Of a DNA stretch of 51,017 nt, positions 35,920 to 43,850 are shown piece after piece. Both the position numbers and the translations under genes were made by a program. The notes under the pieces were generated by a model. That model ran no database searches. It was not told the DNA's origin and worked only from the letters and a program-made list of their open reading frames with translations. Source of the DNA: Eubacteriales Family XIII. Incertae Sedis bacterium (GTDB lineage: Bacteria > Bacillota > Clostridia > Peptostreptococcales > Anaerovoracaceae); assembly GCA_031270275.1 (NCBI GenBank), contig JAISXZ010000166.1, positions 1 to 51,017 on the forward strand, written 5' to 3'. Position 1 is the first letter of the stretch; every line of letters starts with the position of its first letter.

Positions 35920-38862
35920 CTACTCTATGGTATCGACGTTTTCGTACAGTTCGGACGACGCGTCCGGCGTGGCCCCCGCCATGTCGTCCAGCCCGTCCTG
36001 CACGTCCTCCGGCGGCAGCATCTGGGTCAGGTAGCGCTCGAGGCTGTCGAGCTCGCGCCCGTAGGCCGCCCAGTCGCCGTCCCTCTGCGCGCTGATCGCG
36101 TTCTCGTAGGCCTCGTTGGCCCGGAGCGCCAGCTCGTCGAAGCTAAGACCATCGGTCGCGCCGTCGTCCGGGGCTTCGCCGCTGTCGGCCCCGCCGCCCG
36201 CGTCGAGGGAGCCGCTGCCGAACAGCGAGTCAAGGGCCGCGCTCAGCGTCGATTCATAGGCTATGCGGTCCCCGTAGGCCACTATGACCCTGCGCACCTC
36301 CGGCAGGCTGGCGCTGGCCGCCGCCAGATACACGGGCTCGACGTAGACCAGTGACTCCTCTATGGGGATTATGAACATGTTGCCCCTGGTGTAGGTCGAG
36401 CCGGAGTTCTTCCACAGCGAGAATTCCTTGGCTATCGTGTCGTTCTGGTCGATCTGGGCCTCGATCTGCTCGGGCCCGTACACCAGCTTGCTTTTGGGCA
36501 GCTGGTACAGTATCAGCTCGCCGTAATGCTCGCCGTCGTTCCTCGCCACGAACAGGCCCGTCAGGTTCTTCTTGTTGCGGGGCGTGTAGGGTATCGAGTT
36601 TATGAACTCCACCTCGGACTCCCCAGGCAGCTTCATCACGTAGTACTGGGGGGTCATAGGCACGGGATCGCTGGCCTCGAGGAGCTCGCGCGAGATGTCC
36701 CAGATATCCTCGCCCTGGTAGAACACCGCCACGTCGTCCACATGGTATCTCTTGTAGACGCCGGCCTGGATGTTCAGAAGGTCGCCGGGATAGCGTATGT
36801 GGGCGCGCAGCTCGTCGGGCATGGCGTCAAAGGGCTTGAACAGCTTGGGGTATATGCTCATGTAGGTGTTCGCCACCGGGTCGCGGTCATCGACGAGATA
36901 GTAGCTGACGTCGCCGTTGTAGGCGTCCACCACCACCTTCACCGAGTTGCGGATGTAGTTGACGCTGCTGTAGGTCGGCGAGTATGGCTCCGAATAGGGG
37001 AACTTGCTGCTCGTCGTGAAGGCGTCTATTATCCAGTAAAGCCTGCCGTCTATGGTGACGATGTAGGGATCGTCGGCATAGCTCAGGTAGGGCATGATGG
37101 CCCGGACGCGCTGGGATATGTTGCGGTTTATGACTATCCTGGAATCGCTGTTTATGTTCGTGGAGACCAGCAGCTTCAGGGTCTGCTCGCGTATCGCAAA
37201 GAGGCTTTTGGACAGGAAGCCGAGCTTTATGCCCGCGTTGCCCTCGTACAGGGTCCAGGCGTTCTCGTCGCCGTCGGGATAGTCGTACTCCATCTCGTCC
37301 GTGTTCACGAGGACGTAGTCGTTCGTCAGCTCGCCGAAGTATATCTCGGGCCTCGTTATCTCTATCTCCTCGACGTCGGAGACGGGCGGGATGTTCTTTA
37401 TCATGATGTCGGGCTGGCCGCTGGCCGTGACCTTATCGACGCGGGACAGGGTTATGCCGTAGCCGTGCGTGTACTTCAGGTACTTGTTTATCCATTCCTG
37501 CTGGATCAGGCTGCCGTCCACCTCCCTAGCGGAGATGAAGGTCTGCGTGTAGGCCCCGTTGACCATGTACCTGTCCACGTCCACGTCGTAGAAGGAATAG
37601 TAGTTTCTCAGCGTCTGCGTGTTGTTGTAGAACAGCTTGGCCGGCGTGTAGTCGTTGATGCGGATGTTGGACAGGGTCTCCGTGTTGTTCAGTATGTCCT
37701 CGGAGGTGAGGGTGTTGTCGGCGGCGAAAGGCTTTGTCTGCACGTCCTGGAGGTCGTAGGCGCGCTGCGTGAAGTCTATGTTGTAGGCAAGGTACTCGCT
37801 CTCCTTGGTTATCTCGTCGGGCGAGACAATGAGGTTCTGCACGACCATGGCCGCGCCGGAGCCGAGGGCGCCTATGACTATCATGATGACGGGGACAGTC
37901 AGCACCGTCCTGTACCGCCTTTTCCTGATGCCTATCACGAAGAACACCGCCGCCGCCACGGAAAGGACTATCATGGCGCGGTAGACCCACAGGGTCACGC
38001 TGATGTCGGTGAAGCCCGCCCCGTAAAGCACGCCCGTCTGGGAGTACAGCAGATCGTACTGGCGCAGGAAGAAGTTGACCCCAACCATCAGGAAGAATAT
38101 CACGCCCAGGATGGTCACCTGGCTCGAGGCTATGCCCAGAAGCTCCTTCCAGTTGCCGTCCTTGCCCGTCTTTGCCTTCTGCGGGCCGGGCCGCGCCCCG
38201 CCGCCCATCTGCCTGTTCAGGGCGTCGCCGAACTTGCCGAACATGTCGCCCAGGGGATCGCCGGAATAGCTCGGTCCGGGGGCCTCGCTTTGCTCCGGCC
38301 TGACCGTCTCGAATATCTTGGGCCTGCACATGCTTATAAGCGTGAAGTAGTAGATGACGGCCAGAAGCGCGAAGGCTATCACGACGCTTATGACGATCTG
38401 GTTCAGCTGCGTTATGAACTGCAGCCTGAACACGTAGAAGGAGACGTCGAGGCCGAATATCGGATCCGCCAGCGAGAATTCCGTGCTGTTCGTGAATTTC
38501 AGCGCCTCGAACCATATGCTGTTCACCGCCATGATCGTGATGATGGCGGAGGCGCCGAGCGACAGCGCCAGCGATACGATGGTCAGCGTGCGGGGCTTGG
38601 CCGGCGGGCTGGCCGAAGGGACTTTTTTGAAATAGCCCCTTTTCAGCAGATGCAGATACAGTATGCCCAGCAGGGCCAGGACCACAAACAGGGGCACGCC
38701 TATCTGGAGCTGGGTAAACAGCTGCTTGAGGAACACGCTGGTATATCCGAGCTCCTTGAACCACATGTAATCGGTTATGAACCTGACCAGCCGGCTGAAT
38801 CCGGAAATAAGGACAAGGATGACGATTATCCCTATGGTGAGTCCCACTCTCCCTTTTTTCAA
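35920..38862 (-). CDS. UPF0182-family large membrane protein
   Basis: 980 aa. N-terminal polytopic region with ITDYMWFKELGYTSVF, then a large extracytoplasmic domain, as in COG1615/UPF0182 proteins. TTG start at 38862 behind GGGAGGAG. Confidence 0.8.
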   Translation of the reverse strand: MKKGRVGLTIGIIVILVLISGFSRLVRFITDYMWFKELGYTSVFLKQLFTQLQIGVPLFVVLALLGILYLHLLKRGYFKKVPSASPPAKPRTLTIVSLALSLGASAIITIMAVNSIWFEALKFTNSTEFSLADPIFGLDVSFYVFRLQFITQLNQIVISVVIAFALLAVIYYFTLISMCRPKIFETVRPEQSEAPGPSYSGDPLGDMFGKFGDALNRQMGGGARPGPQKAKTGKDGNWKELLGIASSQVTILGVIFFLMVGVNFFLRQYDLLYSQTGVLYGAGFTDISVTLWVYRAMIVLSVAAAVFFVIGIRKRRYRTVLTVPVIMIVIGALGSGAAMVVQNLIVSPDEITKESEYLAYNIDFTQRAYDLQDVQTKPFAADNTLTSEDILNNTETLSNIRINDYTPAKLFYNNTQTLRNYYSFYDVDVDRYMVNGAYTQTFISAREVDGSLIQQEWINKYLKYTHGYGITLSRVDKVTASGQPDIMIKNIPPVSDVEEIEITRPEIYFGELTNDYVLVNTDEMEYDYPDGDENAWTLYEGNAGIKLGFLSKSLFAIREQTLKLLVSTNINSDSRIVINRNISQRVRAIMPYLSYADDPYIVTIDGRLYWIIDAFTTSSKFPYSEPYSPTYSSVNYIRNSVKVVVDAYNGDVSYYLVDDRDPVANTYMSIYPKLFKPFDAMPDELRAHIRYPGDLLNIQAGVYKRYHVDDVAVFYQGEDIWDISRELLEASDPVPMTPQYYVMKLPGESEVEFINSIPYTPRNKKNLTGLFVARNDGEHYGELILYQLPKSKLVYGPEQIEAQIDQNDTIAKEFSLWKNSGSTYTRGNMFIIPIEESLVYVEPVYLAAASASLPEVRRVIVAYGDRIAYESTLSAALDSLFGSGSLDAGGGADSGEAPDDGATDGLSFDELALRANEAYENAISAQRDGDWAAYGRELDSLERYLTQMLPPEDVQDGLDDMAGATPDASSELYENVDTIE

Positions 38863-38875
38863 GGTCTCCTCCCTT

Positions 38876-38930
38876 CTACTGCATGCCGCTATTCGGACGC
38901 CACGCCATTTTGCCTGTCCCGGAACCCTAG
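38876..38930 (-). repeat. IR-B repeat, 3-prime half copy
   Basis: The plus strand reads CACGCCATTTTGCCTGTCCCGGAACC, compared with CACGCCATTTTTGCCCATCTCGGAACC in the other copies. It lies immediately upstream of the UPF0182 RBS, and the 5-prime half is absent. Confidence 0.6.
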
Positions 38931-38936
38931 GATTGC

Positions 38937-40592
38937 CTAAAGCAGCTTCGCCGCTATCCTTCTAAGCTCCGCGGCAGCCTCGGCGGGGAGCGCGTCACGG
39001 CCCCCTTTGAGGCTTTTGAGGGAGTCGAGGTACTCCGCCCGCCCCTCGATCTGCCGCCGCAGAAGCTTCCTGTAGGCCTCGTCCCCGAAATCGGGGACGA
39101 AGCCCTCGATATCAATGGTCCTGAACTCGGAGATCGGGCCTAGCTCCTTGAATGCCGCCGTTTCATCGACAATGGCCTCGAGTATGCCTATCGTCGCCTC
39201 CTTGGGTATCTTCCTGTCGAGGAAATGGCCCGTGTTCACGACATAGCAGGCCACGCCCCTGTCCGCGAACAGGCGCCTGAATTTTTCGTAGTCATCCGCG
39301 AGCGGGTATGTCCTGAACGGGTTTGCGTAGGGCTCGAACACGAGGGCGTCCTTGTCCACGCCCTTCGCGAGCTTTTCCGCCGTGGTGCGCTTGGTCGCCA
39401 GGCAGGCGCCCATCGCCGAGGCGAGCGTCGGGTTTTCCAGCCTGATCACCGGGGGGAGCGAATGGTCTTTCATGAGCCACACTATGGAGTTTATGGGCTC
39501 GTCCATCTTGTCTACGCGGTTCGCCGCCCACAGCTTGGACTTGATGGCCCGGCCGTTGCCGTTGCGTATGTCCTCGGTGACAAGCACCTTGCTGCCGTCC
39601 TCGTCGAGGGTGACGCCGCAGTTCTGCACCGTTATGAGGTACTTGTTGTCGCCGGAGGTCAGCGGGTAGTCCTGCGTCTTGTCGAAATACGAGGGCTCGA
39701 GCGCGACGGTGGAGCCGTTCTCTGACGAGATGACATAGGCGTCGTCGTGCAGGACGGTGACGTCGTACTTGCCGCCGTGCTTGGCGTGGGTCAGCGTCGA
39801 TTTGCCCGAGCCGGAAAGCCCGAACACGCCGAGCACATGCGCCTTGCCGTCCTTCCTCACCATGCGCTTCAGGCCGCCGTGGCAGGAGGCGTAGCCGTTC
39901 CTGTTGGCTATGCCCCAGGCCAGGGTGAGGGTCCCCTTCTTGTGCTCCCCGAAATAGCGCATGCCCAGAAGGCAGGCGCAGTTGTGCTCGGGGTCGAAGT
40001 ACGCCAGCCCGTCCGGGAACCGGGGGTGCCTGTAGTCGGGATCCGACACTATGTAGATGTCGGGCTCGTCGCCTACGGGCCTTGACCGCCTGAACATCTC
40101 GTCGTAGGCCGGGTTTATGTACTGGAAGTTCAGAAGCCAGTTGTACAGCGTGTTTTCGTAGCTTTCGGGTATCAGAAGGTTGGCGCGGACGATGAAGTCC
40201 TCGTCGAGGCCGATGTACGCCTGCGTGTGGTACATCCTCTTGTAGCGCGTGAAGAAGATCGCCTCGCGCAGGACCTGCGCGATTTCGCCCTCGTCCACGC
40301 CCTTTTCCCCAAGTATGACCCTCGCGCCGGCGAAGCGGCCGACGGTCTCGCCGTCGTTGAACAGCAGCACCTTCGCGCCTTCGGGGATGCCGATGGCCTC
40401 GGGCATGTGCACCGGCATGTCGGTCGTCACCGTGCCCGCCGCAGACCTGGCCATATCATACGCCTTCTTCAGATCGAACATCCTCTCCACGTTGTTGCCG
40501 TAAAAGGCGGTCTCGATGGTTGATCTGGACATCGAGAAAGCTCTTTTCCCTACGGTTATGTCTTCCCTTTTGAATCCTGACTTTGTTGACAT
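38937..40592 (-). CDS. pckA: phosphoenolpyruvate carboxykinase (ATP)-family protein, divergent
   Basis: FGLSGSGKSTLTH kinase-1a P-loop, VLHDDAYV and SIVWLMKDHSLPPV parallel ATP-PEPCK motifs. ATG 40592 sits behind GGAGG. Confidence 0.7.
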   Translation of the reverse strand: MSTKSGFKREDITVGKRAFSMSRSTIETAFYGNNVERMFDLKKAYDMARSAAGTVTTDMPVHMPEAIGIPEGAKVLLFNDGETVGRFAGARVILGEKGVDEGEIAQVLREAIFFTRYKRMYHTQAYIGLDEDFIVRANLLIPESYENTLYNWLLNFQYINPAYDEMFRRSRPVGDEPDIYIVSDPDYRHPRFPDGLAYFDPEHNCACLLGMRYFGEHKKGTLTLAWGIANRNGYASCHGGLKRMVRKDGKAHVLGVFGLSGSGKSTLTHAKHGGKYDVTVLHDDAYVISSENGSTVALEPSYFDKTQDYPLTSGDNKYLITVQNCGVTLDEDGSKVLVTEDIRNGNGRAIKSKLWAANRVDKMDEPINSIVWLMKDHSLPPVIRLENPTLASAMGACLATKRTTAEKLAKGVDKDALVFEPYANPFRTYPLADDYEKFRRLFADRGVACYVVNTGHFLDRKIPKEATIGILEAIVDETAAFKELGPISEFRTIDIEGFVPDFGDEAYRKLLRRQIEGRAEYLDSLKSLKGGRDALPAEAAAELRRIAAKLL

Positions 40593-40683
40593 TCTTGCCT
40601 CCATTGACGTACAACTAGCCGAAAACCTGCGGGCCTGCGCCCGGACGCCCCGCAGCCCTGCGAGGCCGTATGTTCGAAGGGGC

Positions 40684-42240
40684 CTAGGCCCCTCCCAGCG
40701 CGATCTGCGCCAGACTTTTCAGCACAAAATCGATCCACAGCGCGGCCGTGCTGTCCGGGGCGAACAGCTTTATGCCTACGGCAGCGGCGGCAGCCAGAAG
40801 TATGATCACGGCCAGCGTGACGACAAACTTGGCCCCGGCGCCCATGCGCCTGCGGCTCTCCCACTCCCGCTGCTCCTTCTCCATGGCGTCGAGGGCCTCT
40901 ATCAGGCGGGCCGCGCTGTCGGATGCGGCCGCGCTAGGCGCCTCCGCCGGGACAGTCCCCTCGGGCGGTGCTTCCTCCGGGACTTCCCCTGCCGGCGCCG
41001 CGTCCCCCTGCTCCGGGGCTGCCTCCGCAAAGACTTCCCCCGCCGGCGCCGCTTCCCCCTGCTCCGGGGCCGCCTCCGCAAAGACTTCCCCTGCTGGCGA
41101 CACATCATCCTGCTCTAGGGCTACTTCCGCCGGGGCTTCCCCCGCCGGCGGCGCTTCCTCCGGCTCCGGGGCCGCCTCCGCAAAGACTTCCCCCGCTGGC
41201 GACACATCCTCCGGCTCCGGGGCTACTTCCGCCGGGACTTCCCCCGCTGGCGCCGCTTCCCCCTGCTCCGGGGCTACCTCCGCAAAGACTTCCCCTGCCG
41301 GCGACACATCATCCTGCTCCAGGGCTACTTCCGCCGGGACTTCCCCTGCCGGCACCGCGTCCTCCTGCTCCGGGGCCGCCGGCTCCAGGGCTACATCCGC
41401 CGCCGCGATCCCCCGATCCATGGCGAAGGCCGGCAGCGGCAACGGCGGCTCGCACGAGCGGATGCGCTCGTATTCCCTGTCAAGGAGGCGCTGGAACTCC
41501 TCGTTCTTTCTGTCGAACGTAAAAAAACGCTCCTTTGTCGGGTCGGGGGCTTCGCCATCGCCCTGCAGGCCGCGCGCCTCGCCGCCCTCCCAGGCCTCCG
41601 GCAGGGAGGGTGCGGACTCAATATCCCATACGTCGGGTATATGCTCGGGCTCAATCTGCGCCGCGCCGAACCAGTCGGACAGGGTATCGGAATAATCCTC
41701 CTGGTTTCCGGGGCCGTACCACTCGTCGGCCCCCGCGCCGCGCAGGGCGTTCTCGGCGCCCCGGCCCGAGGGGCCAGACGCACGCGACTCCGCGCCGGGG
41801 CGCCCCTCCGCCCTGTTTCCCGCCGTCTCGATCGCCTTAAGCTCCTGCTGCCAGTTAAACGCTATGTCGTCCGTCTTCCTGGCCTCGCTGTCCGGGAACT
41901 TATGGATATTCCATTGGAATTCGACAGTCTCGCTCCTTGCGGCGGCCTCCCGCGCCCCGCCCTCCCCAGACTCCGCCTCCGCTTCGTGAGGCGCTGCGGG
42001 ATCGGGTCCCGGCGCGGGCTCCGCAGGCGCTGCGGGATCGGGCTCCGGCGCGGGCTCCGCAGGCTCCGCAGGATCGGGCTCCGGCGCGGGCTCCGCAGGA
42101 TCGGGCCCCTGCGCAGGGGCGCCGCCTTCTGTAGGCGCGGGGCCGGGCCCCTGTCCGGGCGGCTCCTTTACGTCGGCGCCGCAGACCCTGCACAGCAGAT
42201 CCGTGTCTTCAAGCAAATTCCCGCAAACCCGGCAATACAT
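40684..42240 (-). CDS. zinc-ribbon protein with acidic Pro/Ala/Glu tandem repeats and C-terminal TM anchor
   Basis: MYCRVCGNLLEDTDLLCRVCG CxxC..CxxC ribbon, PAEPAPEPD repeats, about 7.5 copies of a 17-aa unit PAGEVFAEAAPEQGEAA, and a C-terminal hydrophobic FVVTLAVIILLAAAAAVGI. GGGAGGG RBS. Confidence 0.6.
   Translation of the reverse strand: MYCRVCGNLLEDTDLLCRVCGADVKEPPGQGPGPAPTEGGAPAQGPDPAEPAPEPDPAEPAEPAPEPDPAAPAEPAPGPDPAAPHEAEAESGEGGAREAAARSETVEFQWNIHKFPDSEARKTDDIAFNWQQELKAIETAGNRAEGRPGAESRASGPSGRGAENALRGAGADEWYGPGNQEDYSDTLSDWFGAAQIEPEHIPDVWDIESAPSLPEAWEGGEARGLQGDGEAPDPTKERFFTFDRKNEEFQRLLDREYERIRSCEPPLPLPAFAMDRGIAAADVALEPAAPEQEDAVPAGEVPAEVALEQDDVSPAGEVFAEVAPEQGEAAPAGEVPAEVAPEPEDVSPAGEVFAEAAPEPEEAPPAGEAPAEVALEQDDVSPAGEVFAEAAPEQGEAAPAGEVFAEAAPEQGDAAPAGEVPEEAPPEGTVPAEAPSAAASDSAARLIEALDAMEKEQREWESRRRMGAGAKFVVTLAVIILLAAAAAVGIKLFAPDSTAALWIDFVLKSLAQIALGGA
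40951..41352 (-). repeat. in-frame 51-bp tandem repeat (about 7.5 units) inside the zinc-ribbon gene
   Basis: Each unit encodes PAGE(V/A)(P/F)AE(V/A)A(L/P)E(Q/P)..; the units are contiguous and all in one frame. Confidence 0.85.
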
Positions 42241-42333
42241 CCAGAGCCCTCCCACAGATCGGCGTTTCGGCCTATGCCCGGCGGCCTCCCCTCAATCGCG
42301 ATCCCCCATTCACGCCGTCATGCAATATATTAT

Positions 42334-42454
42334 ACAATAAACGCGGAGCAAAGCGAAGCGTTTATTGTATCTGCCATGTGCGTTTTCGCCTAGGGCGAAA
42401 AAATCGCACGGCGCTTCAATCTCGATAATAACTGCGTCCCCTGCGGTTATTATA
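42334..42454 (-). repeat. IR-A three-hairpin intergenic repeat, copy 3
   Basis: Collinear with 7507-7629. Hairpin stems carry paired substitutions (CAATAAACG/CGTTTATTG versus CCATAAACG/CGTTTATGG). An extra partial hairpin follows at 42457-42490. Confidence 0.8.
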
Positions 42455-42498
42455 CAGTAAATCAGGCGCGAAGTGAAGCGTTTATTGCATCCGCGCGC

Positions 42499-43776
42499 TC
42501 ATCCGGAGCCTTTCTTTTTCGCCGAAGCGGCCGCGTCCCCTATCCTCGCGGCCGTCGCCATCAGCAGGCGGCTTATCGAGGCCACTATGACCAGCGCGAC
42601 GGCTATGCCGCCGGCGGTGATAAAGGTCCTCGTGCCGGATTCGGCGACGTTCGCGAAATCGCTCTGCATGACATAGGTCATCGTGATGTACATGCCCGTG
42701 CCCGGCACCAGCGGGATGATTCCGGGGATTATGAACAGCGTGGTCGCGTCCTTGCCGGCCCTCGAAAAGAATTCCGCCAGCGCCGCGACGAGGCCGGATG
42801 CGACGAGCGCCGCGAAGATGACGGAGCCCCCCCTGTCGATCAGGACGTATTCATAGAGGCAGAACCCCAGGGCCCCGACAAGGGAGGCCGGGGCCATCTG
42901 CCTCCCAGGCACGTGGAACTGTATGCAGAAGCCGAAGGTCGTGAGAAAGCCGAAGATGAAGAACATGTACATGGGATAGACTATCATGTCCTCATACGGC
43001 AGGCCGCCCCCGGCCAGCGACCAGACCTTAAGGACCGCGCCGACGCCGCAGGCTATGGCAATCGCCCGTATCAGGGCCTCGGAAAGGCGGGCGACGCCGG
43101 AAAGCATGTCGCCGGAAAGCATGTCCCGGGCCGCGTTGGTTATCGCCACGCCCGGCAGGAACATGGTTATGGATGCTATTATGATGGGGCTGAGCGCGGA
43201 GCCCAGGCCCGATTCCAGCGTCAGCACCGAGAGCAGCGTGCAGGCCGCGCAGCTTAGGAAAGTGCTCACGAACGCGTTTATCCTCAGCTTTTCCACGAAC
43301 ATGGACGCCAGATAGGCCGCGGCGCTGATGAGGGCGCAGAACACGGAGTCCAGAATGCCGCCGCCGAAGCTCATGCAGAGCGAGAAGCCTATGAAAATGG
43401 CGCCGGCCAGGTTTGCGGGCAGGCTGTACGGCCCGATCCTGTCTATGGCGCGAAGCTGCTGGAAGCCTTCCTCCACGCTCAGATCCGTAGACGTGAAGGC
43501 CCTAGAAAACCGATTTATCCTGGATATCTTGTCGAGATCCGTGTTTATGCTGTGTATCCGCTTTATGAAGGTGTGCATATCCCCGTCCTGCCCGCCGTCC
43601 AGGGAAAGGAAGATGCCCGTGGTCGTGGCGAAGCATTCCACATAGGGGATATCGCAGGCGCGGCAGATGCGGACAATCGTGTCCTCGACCCTGTATATCT
43701 CCGCGCCGCTTCTCATCATGATCTCCCCGGCGAAAAGCGCGAGCACCAATATCCTTTTCTGCCTTTTTTCCATCAT
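42499..43776 (-). CDS. threonine/serine exporter (ThrE) family protein, fused ThrE plus ThrE_2 halves
   Basis: LALFAGEIMMRSGAEIYRVEDTIVRI is the typical DUF1212/ThrE N-terminus. A polytopic remainder follows. Start at ATGATG 43776. Confidence 0.8.
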   Translation of the reverse strand: MMEKRQKRILVLALFAGEIMMRSGAEIYRVEDTIVRICRACDIPYVECFATTTGIFLSLDGGQDGDMHTFIKRIHSINTDLDKISRINRFSRAFTSTDLSVEEGFQQLRAIDRIGPYSLPANLAGAIFIGFSLCMSFGGGILDSVFCALISAAAYLASMFVEKLRINAFVSTFLSCAACTLLSVLTLESGLGSALSPIIIASITMFLPGVAITNAARDMLSGDMLSGVARLSEALIRAIAIACGVGAVLKVWSLAGGGLPYEDMIVYPMYMFFIFGFLTTFGFCIQFHVPGRQMAPASLVGALGFCLYEYVLIDRGGSVIFAALVASGLVAALAEFFSRAGKDATTLFIIPGIIPLVPGTGMYITMTYVMQSDFANVAESGTRTFITAGGIAVALVIVASISRLLMATAARIGDAAASAKKKGSG

Positions 43777-43782
43777 GGGTAT

Positions 43783-43812
43783 ATGATAACACAGGCCGGC
43801 GACGCTTGGCAA
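43783..43812 (-). promoter_or_regulatory. candidate extended -10 promoter giving a near-leaderless ThrE-family transcript
   Basis: On the minus strand: TTGCCA, 18-nt spacer, TGtTATCAT, then only 6 nt (ATACCC) before ATG 43776. No Shine-Dalgarno is present. Confidence 0.3.
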
Positions 43813-43850
43813 GGGAAAGAGGCCGCAGGCTGCCCCGCAGACTGCCCCGC

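Noticed and set aside
36526-38940. 804-aa ORF on the + strand
   Set aside because: It is antisense to the UPF0182 gene. Its product is Arg/His/Val/Gly-rich low-complexity sequence with no recognisable motif or RBS. The minus-strand frame has a strong RBS, clear TM helices and family motifs. This is a typical shadow ORF of GC-rich DNA.
40951-41352. Possible CRISPR array, because of regularly spaced repeats
   Set aside because: The units are contiguous 51-bp tandem copies without unique spacers. They are in frame within a long ORF, and no cas genes are nearby.
40748-41695. 315-aa Ser/Ala/Pro-rich ORF, plus other alternative-frame ORFs over the repeat region
   Set aside because: They are alternative frames of the 51-bp tandem repeats. 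Only the minus-strand frame links a zinc ribbon, an RBS and a terminal TM helix into a coherent protein.
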